64,000 nucleotides of DNA. Origin: Eledone cirrhosa (Eukaryota). Both the position numbers and the translations under genes were made by a program. The stretch lies in assembly GCA_964016885.1 (NCBI GenBank), contig OZ024741.1, positions 106,578,001 to 106,642,000 of the forward strand, in the 5' to 3' direction. The notes below the pieces were generated by a model. It worked only from the letters and a program-made list of their open reading frames with translations. It was not told the origin of the DNA and did not search any database. Below are positions 25,171-37,204 of this stretch, piece by piece (the first letter of the stretch is position 1; every line of letters starts with the position of its first letter).

Positions 25171-25635
25171 CTGTATGCTTAATTAAAAGCATTTTGAAGA
25201 CCTTACGCTATTGTTTTAAAGTAGTGACAATGTCACTTACTTCTATTTTCAGCAAACAAGGGGAGATAAGCTGACAGAGCTCTGTTTCGTACTTGTTGGT
25301 ACTTATCAAAGCTCAGCACTCCTCCTGTCTGCTGAAAATTATGAATGTTGGATTCCTATAGAATTCCAGTAATAATCAGGAACTGATTATACAGAGCGGT
25401 TGCCGGTCCAGCAAAAATTGAAAATTAGAATTGGTGCTCTGAAATAGCGATATATATATATATATGAATGTATATATAGTGTATTTTTCTATACACTGTA
25501 TGCTTAATTAAAAGTACGAAACCGAGCTCTGTCAGCTTATCTCCCCTCGTTTGCTGAAAATAGAAGTAAGTGACATTGTCACTACTTTAAAACAATAGCG
25601 TAAGGTCTTCAAAATGCTTTTAATTAAGCATACAG
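25171..25635. mobile_element. PLE-type fold-back element with 124-bp inverted arms (25171-25294 / 25512-25635)
   Basis: Arms are near-perfect reverse complements. An extra direct copy of ATACACTGTATGCTTAATTAAAAG lies at 25166-25189 and 25491-25514. Confidence 0.8.
25267..25315 (-). ncRNA. Type I hammerhead ribozyme with U3:A8 variant core
   Basis: Minus strand: TGAGCT-TTGATAA-GTAC caacaa GTAC-GAAA-CAG agct CTG-TC-AGCTTA. All three stems pair; GUC triplet. Confidence 0.8.
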
Positions 25636-25659
25636 AGGATGCTGAAGCAATGGAGGATA

Positions 25660-26322
25660 TGTAACCGGAGAGATAGGGTGATGGGGCGGTAGGTGAGGGG
25701 GGGAGGGCGGGGGGTGAGAGGGTGGTGATACGGTAGATTTCACGGGCGCAGGTGAGGGCATCTTCGATCAGGATGGGGGATATCCACATTGGATGAAGAG
25801 GGAGGCCATGTGTTGGGACTGGGTCTTGGCTACAGAACCAACGAAGATAGAAGAATTGGTGACATGGTATGGAGAGTTTGGTTTGGATGGGGATGGAAGT
25901 AGGTGAAGTCAAGGCAGGAAAGGGAATCAGTGGGCTTATAGAAGATAGAGGTAGAGTGTGTGTGGTGAGTGTGGTCAATAGACAGACGTCCAAAAATTGG
26001 ACTGAAGTGTTGGAGACAGAGGTGATGAAGATGAGGGCAGGATGAAAAGACTGGACAAAGGAAAAAAAGGAATCGAGCTGTTCACGAGAGAGAGAGAGAG
26101 AGAGGTGGCACTGATACAAGCGTCGATGTAACGACCGTATAGCTCAGGTGTTGGGCCAGTGTACTGGGTGAAGATCAAGGCTTCAACGTAGCCAACGAAA
26201 CCATTGGCGTAGTTAGGGTCCATTCATATACCCATGGCTACTCCAGAGATCTCTTGGTAAAACACTTCGAAAAAGGAAAAGGTATTGAGAGTGAGAACTA
26301 GCTCAGCAAGGCGAAGAGTAGG
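25660..26322 (-). pseudogene. Penelope-like (probably Neptune-type) reverse transcriptase remnant
   Basis: [52 protein letters not shown]...VQFLDV, TKLSIPCHQFFYLR. These are PLE RT and thumb motifs, frameshifted. Confidence 0.88.
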
Positions 26323-26368
26323 TATATATATATACTATATGTATACATTAAATTTATTTTCATATATA

Positions 26369-26477
<109 letters not shown>

Positions 26478-26510
26478 TATATGTATACATTAAATTTATT
26501 TTCATATATA

Positions 26511-26556
<46 letters not shown>

Positions 26557-26593
26557 CTATATGTATACATAAAATTTATTTTCATATATATGC

Positions 26594-26708
<115 letters not shown>

Positions 26709-27569
26709 GTATATATATACATATATATATATATATACGTATATATATACATATATACGTATATATACGCACTCTGTATGAATATGGTGAGAGAAAGAAA
26801 TAGGAAAAGAAAATTAAATTTGAAAATGAAATAAAATAAACACACATTCTCAAGCAAATACATAAACACACACATACACACATACAGGCACCCATACATA
26901 CACTCACAAAACAAATACATACTCACACAAAAACACACATACATACACACAAAAGCACACATGATAAAACAAACAGAAACAACAACACAACAATCAAAAA
27001 GAAATAAAGAATAAAATTATTACAAAACGGATAAAAAATAAAGAGAAGAAACAAAGAAGAAATAGAAAAAGAAGTTTCCGTATTGACCAAAAGTATTTCG
27101 AAAATTAAGTCCAGTTGGAAACAATTGCGTTTAAAAGAGGAGACGGTGAGTTCATAAAATAAAAGTTAGTGAAGCGATTCCAGTGAGGCTTTTAGTCTAT
27201 TTGGTGTAGTAGCCATTTTACAAGTGGTTTATTTTATCGTCTGTAATTAATGCAGCATTTATTAAGACTTTACTACGTTAAACGGTTGTAGCAAACTACG
27301 TAATGTTAGCCAGAAAGAAAAAGAGATAGATAGATAGACAGATAAATAGTGAGAGAAGAGAGAAGAGAGTGAGAGAAGTAGAGATGTTCTCAATAAGAAC
27401 CGGAAATTAAACGAATCAATCCTTAGATTTTCGCCGGAAGTCGCTATTAACTGCTTAATATAAAACACACGACGACGGTACGGTGACAGCAAACATACAT
27501 ATAACGACCAAGAATGCATGCCAGCGTATATATGTGTATATGTATATACGTATATATGTTTCTATATAA

Positions 27570-27621
<52 letters not shown>

Positions 27622-27661
27622 ATATATATATGTATATATATATACATACATACATAGATAC

Positions 27662-27723
<62 letters not shown>

Positions 27724-27868
27724 GTATTCAGACACACACACACAAGTATGTAAATGTATACATAAATATGCATATATACGCATGTATATGTATGTGAATC
27801 ATATGTAAGGTAACTTACATAATTTACGCACGCACTCGATTTCACATACACTAAGGAAACGCCCATAT

Positions 27869-27934
<66 letters not shown>

Positions 27935-27983
27935 TTATGTATGTATATATATATAAATATATACACACTTGTATGTGTGCGTG

Positions 27984-28046
<63 letters not shown>

Positions 28047-28529
28047 ACATATTGTTATGTCTATATATATAAGCATACATACTAATGCATGCATAAATAA
28101 ACACACGCACACATACACACATATATCTATACGTATATATTATATACTCTTACCTTACACATTTTATGTGTTTGTGTTTGTGTTTGTGTGTGTATGTGTG
28201 TGTGTCTATGTGTGTGTGTGTGTGTGTAAGTGTGTGTGTATGTGTGTGTGTGTGTGTGTAAGTAAGTAAGTGTGTGTATGTTGTACGTACATAACAGATA
28301 ACCACATCAATGAACAGAAACTTAAGTGCGGTTCAAACGTGGTTGATTTCAGAATCAGCTTTTCTCCAAATGTGGATCTCTTCACAGAATTGGAGAGTAG
28401 TGTCTTTGTATTGCGATGAGCTGCTTTTACAGAAATTACATACTAAATAATATATATACTTGCATACATAAGTGCTTACATAAATACATACATGCATGCA
28501 TGCATACATACACATACACAATATACATT

Positions 28530-28570
<41 letters not shown>

Positions 28571-28671
28571 GTATATAAATGCATAAACATACGCATTTAC
28601 ACCGGCACTTACACACACGTACATATATGTATATATATATATAGAGAGATCATTGTACGTGTGTGGGAGAA

Positions 28672-28747
<76 letters not shown>

Positions 28748-29060
28748 AGAGGCGTAGTAGTATAAGTGTGTAACAATTCAATAGGTAGAAGGCTCTTCCA
28801 TAGAACATGGCTGATATTAAAAGCAATTAAATATTTAGTGGCGTTTCGATATTATCAGATACTTAAATATAAGATTAGTTGGAAGAAAGAGAAATAGGAA
28901 GGAAATAACTGAATGAAAAAGATGAATAAAGAAATCGGAGAAAGGGAGATTACTAAAGTATGACGGCGGAAATATTGGAAGAAACGAAGGAAAAATAATA
29001 GATAGAAAGATAGATGGATGGATAGTTAGACAGATAGACAGACAGACATAGATAGATATA

Positions 29061-31388
29061 TTTCTTTATTTACCATAAAGGCATAAAAAGAAGGGACAAA
29101 TACAAAGGGGGAGTTTACATAAAACCGAGTAAAAAGGGTATAAAATGAAAATAATCAAAAACAACCTCAAAAGGGAGGGGACGTGATGGGGGTTGCACAC
29201 ACCCCCCCGAAAAAGTGTGCAATCCTTTGGCTGGGGAGCACATGGAGAAGGTGCTCCCCTCTCCTTCACTTCTTTACCTACAGGATGGTATACAGAGAAG
29301 GCCCATTTACACGAGCCATTCTCGCCACTATCACCCATCTTTCATAAAACTGCCTGTGGCCAAGCACCTCTCTCTCCATTCTTATCCTTCTTCCGAAGTG
29401 ATATCGGAAGAAGTACACCAGACTATGGCCAGAGAGGAAGTTTCCTGACCTCAGACCTTTCAATCGTGTCCACCAAACAACTTCTTTCAACATGGCTATT
29501 ACGCACAGAAAAACCGCCTTTGCTTCCTTTGTGAAGAGGGGAGGCGGCTTGATTGTCATCACGGACTCGGCAGTCAATCGAATCGGCGCCACCCGCGACA
29601 GCAGTCGTTCGGCGTAGCCCCACAGATCAGCCACGCCCGGACATTGCACCAATGCGTGCGCAACGGTTTCTTCGTGACGCACGCATCTAGGGCAAATCTT
29701 TTTCGAGGGATCCCTGCCCGGGCGCCCGAGTCTGTAGAGCTTTTCTCGAACGGGTAGAGCCCCTCGGTAGCACTGCCAGGCCAATGACTTCTGGAAGTTG
29801 TCCATTGGTCCCGGGCCGAAAGTCCTACCGAACAGGCTGGCCAGTTCGTCCTTTTCCATGTCCAGCGACTCTCCAAGGGTGTCATCGCCCCTGCTAGCCA
29901 CCAACCCTCTATAGAATGACGAGGTGGATTCTCCACCGATGGCCGGGTCCGCTTGCCAGAGAGCCCTGAGCGCCTGGGCACACTCAGTGTGCCAGTCGCC
30001 CAGTTTTCCGGATCTTTGCTTGACCCAGGACTGCAGCTCGGTGAGCGAGACGAGTCTCAGAAAGGCTCGTCTCACGAACGGAGCCCACACCGGTTGACCA
30101 GTGAGGAATACCTGTAGGTGCCGTAGCCTTAATGCGTGCCTACGCATCATCAACCACGGCATCCCCAGCCCTCCTTTCGAAGGTTGTTGGCAGCAGATGG
30201 ATCTTGTCACCATAGGAGGGCGCTTTTTCCAAAGAAATTGAAAGAGCATGCGTTCCATGGTGGTGAGTGTTTCCTTAGGGCAAGGCACGACAGTCAGGCG
30301 GTAGTAGGTGACGGACGCTATGTAAATGTTCGCCACTTCCGCCCGACCTTTCAGGGACAGCTTACACTTGGCCCATTTCTGGGTCAGTGCAAACACCTTG
30401 CTCGTAACCTCGCCCCAGTTCTTTTCCACCTGGAGGTCCGGTCCAAACCAGACCCCAAGAAACTTCCCCGGGCCCTCCATCCAGTGTCCGACGACACCGT
30501 CGGGAGGCATCGGTCTGCCTCTCCACGTTCTGAGTTGCAGCCCGATGGATTTTTCCGGGTTCAGTTTCGCTCCTGACAACCTTTCGTATTCCTCCAGTAA
30601 GGTACCGATCGCCTCGATCTCCGAGTCGGTTGATACCATTACTGTTACGTCATCGGCGTAGGCCGACACCGCTTTGCTCAATCCTGGTTCCAGGGGGGAT
30701 ACCCTGCAACAACTCCAACTTCCTCAGTAAAGGCTCGAGAGTCAATACGTACAGAAGGGAGGAGAGAGGGCACCCCTGTCGAATGGATCGTGTGATTTCG
30801 AACGGCTTCGAAAGGTAGCCGTTCACCTTGATCCTAGAACAGATGTGGTTGCTATGTAAGGCAGTGATCCAGCCTCTGAAAACAGGACCGAACCCAGCCG
30901 CCGCTAGCACCGCATCCAGGTAACCATGGTCGACCCTATCGAACGCCTTAGACAGATCCAAGTTGATCAGGGCCCCACCGAAGCCGGGTTTGTTGCCAAC
31001 CCTCTCTATGATGTATCGCATGAGGTGGAGGTTGTCGTGAATGGACCTGGATTGGATAGCACATGTCTGCGCATCTCCCACCAGGCTACCCACGACAAGC
31101 GCTAACCTCTTTGCTAACACCTTGGCCGAAATCTTTAACTCTGTGTTTAGCAGGGTTATGGGCCGAAAATTATTTATACTATCCCCCTTGTTCTCGTCCT
31201 TCCTCACCAGCGAGACTACGCCCTTGGCTACAGAACAAGGAATTCTCCCGTTCTGCTGCCAATTGCAGTAGACTGCTTCGAGGAGTTCGGAGAAGAAGAC
31301 CGGCATTGCCAAATAAAGTTCGTAAGGTATACCATCGAGACCTGGAGATTTGCGTCTGCTGCATTGGCTCAGCGCATCCCCGATCTCA
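29061..31388 (-). mobile_element. Tx1 LINE copy A, 5' truncated, (TATC)n at both ends
   Basis: ORFs 30650-31519 and 29278-30681 (one frameshift) carry RT motifs KSPGLDG, QGCPLS, YADD and CCHC. GATA repeats lie at 29000-29060 and 31389-31470. Confidence 0.95.
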
Positions 31389-31397
31389 TAGACAGAC

Positions 31398-31452
<55 letters not shown>

Positions 31453-31474
31453 TATAGATATATATATAGATATA

Positions 31475-31733
31475 TTTCTTTATTAGCCACAGGGGCACAA
31501 AAGAAGGGGACAAATACAAAGGGGGAAGTTTACATACAATAAAAACGTGTAAAATGTTATCACAGATGGAATTTAAAAGTTAGTCGATTTTCCCCAATAG
31601 AGGGAGACAGTTTATATGGGTAACACATACCCCCGAAAAAAAATGTGCAACCCTCATCTCCAGGAGTACGAAGAGCTTGTACTCCTTTCCTCTCCTCCTC
31701 CTTTTCCTCAACCTACAGGCTGATATAGAGAGA
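31475..31733 (-). mobile_element. Tx1 LINE copy B, 3' UTR only (~260 bp), (TATC)n at both ends
   Basis: Reverse complement of the 3' UTR at 57495-57750; flanked by GATA repeats. Confidence 0.9.
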
Positions 31734-31818
31734 ATATATAGATAGATAGACAGATAAATCGGAAGATAGATAAACAGATAGGTAGATAGATAGATATATA
31801 TCTAGACAGATAGATAAC

Positions 31819-34710
31819 TTTCTTTATTTGCCACAAGGGCGCACAAAAATGGGACATTACAAGACATGACGGCGGGGGTTTTACATAAAAATAACTTTAA
31901 CATTAATAAATAACAATAAACTATATATAATAAAATAACAATTGAAATCCCTAATGGGGACGGGGACGTTACTGCAGGGTTGTTTTACATCCCGTGGATA
32001 GAACAACCCTCAACACCAGGAACACGTTTTGTAGGTGTTCCTGTCTTCCCTCTTTTTGTCTTCCTCAACCTACAGAGTTGTGTACAGAGAAGGCCCATTC
32101 ACTCGGGCCATTTTCGCCACATTCACCCACCTTTCAGCGAATTTACTGGGGTGTAGCACCTCTCTCTCCACTCTCACCTTCCTTCTGAAGTGATACTTAA
32201 AGAAGGGAATAAGTTGTTGTGCGGAGAGAAAGGTGTTTGCCCTCAGTCCTTTTAACCTCGTCCACCATATTACCTCTTTCGCCATAGCCACTAGACAGAG
32301 GAAAACCGCCTCTCCTTCGTTCTTAAATGAAGGCGGCGGGGTGATGCTCACGATGGACTCGGCTGACAACTGGATGCGTCTCACACGTGACAGTAGCTGT
32401 TCGACATAATTCCACAGGTCGGTTACCCCTGGGCACTGAACAATTGCGTGCAGAACGGTTTCGATGTCCTGCTCGCATCTCTGCCAGGGCGTCCGTGCCT
32501 GTAGATTTTGTCTCGAACTGGTAGAGTTCCTCGGTAGCCCTGCCAGGCCAGAGACCTCTGGAAGTTATCCATAGGCACTGGACGGAAAGTCCTCCCAAAC
32601 AGACTGATCAGTTCGTCCTCCTCGATGCTTAGAGTTTCTCCGAGAACGTCGTCGCACTTATCCTCCACAAATCCCCTATAGAATGTGGAAGTGGAGTCTC
32701 CGCTGATTGCTGTTTCTGCTTAGTAGAGGGCCTTCAGCGCCTGAAGGCACTCGAGGTGCCAGGCGCCCATTTTCGGTCTTCGCTTGACCCAGGACCGCAA
32801 CTCTGTTAGAGAGACGAGTTGTGGAAGAGCTTGTCTCACAAACGACAGCCACACTGGTTCGCCGGTCAAGTATACCTGGAGATGGCGTAGCCTGAGCGCG
32901 TGTTCGCGCATCATCAGCCACGGCATGCCCAGCCCTCCGTTAGAAGGGTGTTGGCAGCAGATGGATCTCGTCACCAGTGGAGTAGGCGTTCCATTTTGGT
33001 GAGGTGTTCGCGGGGACAAGGCACGACTGTCAAGCGGTAGTAGATGGGCGCTATGTAAGTGTTCGCCACCTCCGCTCGACCTTTCAAGGAGAGTTTGCAC
33101 TCAGCCCACTTCTGGGTGAGTGCAAACACCTTTGCCATGACCTCGTTCCAGTTCTTGTCCACTTGGAGGTCGGAACCAAACCAGACCCCGAACAATTTCA
33201 CCGGTCCTTCCGTCCAGCGTCCAACGACACTGTCGGAAGGCATGGGTTTGCCTCTCCATGTGCCGAGTTGCAAACCGACAGACTTGTTTGAGTTTAGTCT
33301 TGCTTCTGTCAACGTTTCGTATTCCTGTAATAGGTTGCCGATTACCCCGATTTCCGAGGTTTTCGACACCATTACTGTTACGTCGTCGGCATAGGCCGAC
33401 GTTGCTTTCCGCAGTCCTGATTCTATCTCGATCCCTGCAACAGCTCCAACTTCCGCAGCAATGGCTCGAAAGTCAGTACATACAGAATGGAGGAGAGAGG
33501 GCATCTATGACGGATGGAACGCATGATTTGGATAGGAAGCCATTCACCTTGACTGCCGAGCAGATGCTGGTGTGCATGGCAGCGATCCAGCCTCTGAAGA
33601 CGGGATCGAAGCCGGTCGCCTTGAGAACCGCTTCCAAGTATTGATGGTCGACCCTATCAAATGCTTTAGACTGATCTAAATTGATCAGAGCCCCACCGAA
33701 GCCAGGTTTACACCTTACCCTCTCTATGATGTATCGCATGAGGTGGAGGTTGTCGTGTATGGATCTGGTCGGGATTGCACAAGTTTGCGCTTCCCCTTCC
33801 AGGTTCTCGACGACAAGCGCCAGCCACGCTGCTAACACCTTGGCCAAAATCTTTAACTCTGTGTTGAGCAGAGTTATGGGCTTGAAATTGCTTATCTTAT
33901 CCCCTTTGCTCTCATCTTTCCTGATAAGCGTTACTACGCCTCTGCCTACAGAACTGGGAATTCTCCCGTTCTGCTGCCAGTTGCAGTAGACCGCTTCGAG
34001 GACGCCAGAGAACAAGTCTGGCATGCCTATGTAAAACTCATAGAGTAGACCATCTAAACCGGGTGATTTGCGTTTTCCACAGCGGCCTAGGGCATCTTCT
34101 CTTTCGCCCGCTGTGATCGGCCTTTCGCAACTCTCTGCATCCGTGCTCGAGAGTCGTGGTACGCTGTCGAGGTAGGAACTGAAGTCCATCACCTCGCTCG
34201 ACGTACCTCTTTGCCAGAACAGTTGTGTAAAGTGCTGCTGGAAGGCCGCTCACATCTGCTTGGATTCAAGTAGAATGCTTCCATCTTTGTCTTGCAAATA
34301 CTGAATTGTGAATTTGTTGCCACTTTTCGCCTCTGCCATTCGGGCCCAGCTAACAGCTTTGGCTCCCTCGTTTCTTAGAACACGTGTTCTACTTCTGACA
34401 ATACAACCTTCGCGTTTCACGTGAAGAACTGGTCTAGTACCGTTCTCGCCGCTAGCACGCCAGCTGTACTGCCATTCCTAAGTGCCTCTTCTACTTTAGC
34501 TACCAGTTCCTTTTCAGTTTTGTTCTTTTCTAAAGCTATTTCCTTTCTAAATGCTATCGATTCTATTCTAATTGCTCTCTTGAGAGAGCTCCACCACCTG
34601 TTGTTGACGATGGCCCCCGTCAACTGGCACTTAACTAAGGTGCTAATCCGTTTACTGTAGGCCTTACGCGCCGGAAGCGACATGTTTAGCTTCCAGTATC
34701 CGGATCCCTG
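31819..34710 (-). mobile_element. Tx1 LINE copy C (diverged subfamily), 5' truncated, (TATC)n at both ends
   Basis: Fragmented ORFs 34683-32070 are homologous to ORF2. 5' junction TATCTATCTA|CAGGGATCCGGATACTGGAAG. Confidence 0.95.
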
Positions 34711-34920
34711 TAGATAGATAATAGGTTAGGTGGATAGCTAGACAAAGAGATAGATTGATAAAAAATAGATTGATAAACTATATATACATATAGACAAAAT
34801 ATCATATATAGATAGAACATATCTATATAATTATAGAGCCTTCTTCTATGATAGACAATATATATATGTAGCTGCAATTTCGATTTTACTCACTAACATT
34901 GTTATATATATAGTTCAGAT

Positions 34921-34972
34921 CTAGCTGTCGAAACGGCCAGAGCTCAGCCGTTGGGGTCCTGAATCTTTTCAT
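34921..34972 (+). repeat. Solo copy of the arm of the 531-682 element (hammerhead 3' half)
   Basis: TAGCTGTCGAAACGGCCAGAGCTCAGCCGTTGGGGTC resembles TAGCCATCGAAACGGCTTGAGCTCTGCCGTCGGAGTC. Confidence 0.7.
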
Positions 34973-35059
34973 ATATAGATAAATAGATAGATAGATAAAT
35001 AGATATATTGATCAATAGATTTTATAAGCAATTAACTGTTCACAATTATTTCATGCATT

Positions 35060-36430
35060 CGAGATTACTACATTTTTCAAGCGCACGCACACAGCAAATA
35101 CACAGTTTGCAGAGAAGGTTCTGGAAAAGATCAAGGAATTGTTTATGGTTTGTGTCGACTTGACGAAAGCCTTTGACACTGTCAATAACAAAGCTCTTTG
35201 GAAAATCTTCAAAAAGCTTGGCATACATGACATGCTGAATATCATCAAGTATTTTCATGGAGGAGAGGGTGGGGGGAGAAGCATGAAAGCATTAATTATG
35301 GAAAATGGTGAATGCTCTGAACCCTTTGGTGTCACAAATGGTACGAAGCAGGGTTCTGTTATGGCTCCTGTTCTCTTTACTTTGTTCTTATTTGTAATGC
35401 CCCAGTATGAATTTGGCGCCCCATACACCGGTGTCAGATCTGAATTTCGTATATCAGGTGGGTTATTCAACCATTTAAGGCTAAATCACTTACACAAACA
35501 AGTGTTATTCGTGATATTCTGTTTGTTGATCATGCTGCACTTGTTGCAACATTCCTCGAAGACTGAAGTGGTATATCAATCAAAGTCCACTCCTCCACAC
35601 AAGAAGAAGATATTAAGCCGGGACAGCCAGGGAATGGGCATCCCCATGTTTCCGTCACTGTTGATGGCAATGATCTGAAGAAGGTGAACTCCTTTACTTA
35701 CCTTGGCAGCAAGGTGAAACGTTCTGCATCCCTGGACGATGAAATCATTAATCGCTTCTCCATAGCAACTGACGTTTTTTGCAAACTACATCATCTACGG
35801 TGTGTCAGAGGTATATCCCTGAAAATGAAAGTTGCAGTTTATCGTGTAGTGGTACTGACGACACTTTTATACGGCTCGGAGTCATGGATACTTTATCGCA
35901 CTCACATTTGTAAGCTTGATGTCTCCCACAAACATTGCTTTCGCTTTATCTTTGGTTATGCACTTTCTGACAGAATCTTCAATACCGATCTGTTCCCGAG
36001 GTGCAATATCGGTGGGATTGAGTCATCTCTGATTTAATTCCAGCTTAGATGGGTTGGTCATGTCCCATGAATGACTGAGGACCGCACACCTAAGGTACTG
36101 TTATAGAATCAACTTCATCATGCTGCTCGTAATGTAGGCAGACCATTACTCAGATTATAAAGAAAAACTGAAGTACAATCTAAATCTGGGAATATACCTC
36201 TTACTTCTTACGAAGCTCTAGATACTGACCATGGAAAATTGAGAAGTGCTTTCCATGAAGATATAGAGAACGTTGAAAAATCTCGTCTGGTCCATCTTCG
36301 TGATCTAATATCTAACACCATGATTCGATCAAAACTTCCATCTTGCATCACTTAAAATTTGCTCATCTGCAATGAATGCTGATTGATGTGTAAATCAGCA
36401 GCTGGACTGAAGTACCGTATAACTCATAAC
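35060..36430 (+). mobile_element. Decayed RTE-clade LINE (RT to C-terminus)
   Basis: VDLTKAFDTV, FGVTNGTKQGSVMAP, FTYLGS, KVAVYRVVVLTTLLYGSESW, QLRWVGHV. Confidence 0.9.
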
Positions 36431-36496
36431 TATAACAAATGAACCGAGAAGACTGTTGGACCCTAATAAGTCGAAATTCGATGGGAAAGTCCGTCC

Positions 36497-36533
<37 letters not shown>

Positions 36534-36555
36534 GCACGACACACCACACACAGAC

Positions 36556-36617
<62 letters not shown>

Positions 36618-36827
36618 TTGAGTGCGCATTTGTGTTTTTAAGAGTGTATGTATATTGTGTGTGTATATATATTATTATTGTTTTGGTAATTAGTAGCATG
36701 CTCTCTTTATGTATTTCCAATTAGTCCGACGACGTAACCAATTGTATATCTTTGATATCCACTCCTCAACATAAGGCAAATGTCAAATATTATTATACAC
36801 AAAATAACTATCTATCTATAAAGAAAC

Positions 36828-36862
<35 letters not shown>

Positions 36863-37180
36863 ATAAAAACACAAGGGCCTAACTTCACCCAGGCAGGGGA
36901 TTTCCCCCACCTCAAAATGATTAAGGCCCCACAGGACACCTATAAAACTTTAAAAAACAATTTTAAAGAGGACGTGGGTCCCCCCTGCGTCGGGCCCATT
37001 AACCGAGTCCTCCTAAAAAACTATCCCACCCCCTCCCCAAACACCCTCACAACTCCAAGCTCCCCAACCACACAACACACTGATGCCCCCACACTTCCAC
37101 AAACCACCACCCCACCCAACAACCCATCCCCCACCCTAATGGAAATTGTGCAGCCCGATACCCGGGACGCAGAGAGGTAA
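36863..37180 (+). pseudogene. 5'-truncated C-terminus of Tx1 ORF1 (Pro/Thr rich)
   Basis: Open frame ending ...PPNNPSPTLMEIVQPDTRDAER*. A homologous PPNNRSNTAMKIVQP occurs in copy G (57870-57915). Confidence 0.65.
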
Positions 37181-37204
37181 GTGCCTTTTCTCTTCACCAC
37201 CAAC

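Noticed and set aside
27060-27450. ETS-like CCGGAA motifs and a GTGAGT donor as a possible host promoter or first exon
   Set aside because: Short motifs expected by chance; no supporting exon chain is visible without RNA data.
28333-28445. Minus-strand CNFC...IH(I)GEK resembling a C2H2 zinc-finger remnant
   Set aside because: The first His is missing, the spacing is wrong and a frameshift is needed; a single isolated motif.
37181-37204. ORF-track start of the 1153-aa ORF at GTG 37181
   Set aside because: Eukaryotic element; ATG 37205 in CCAACATGG is conserved in copy G and precedes the EN N-terminal motif.
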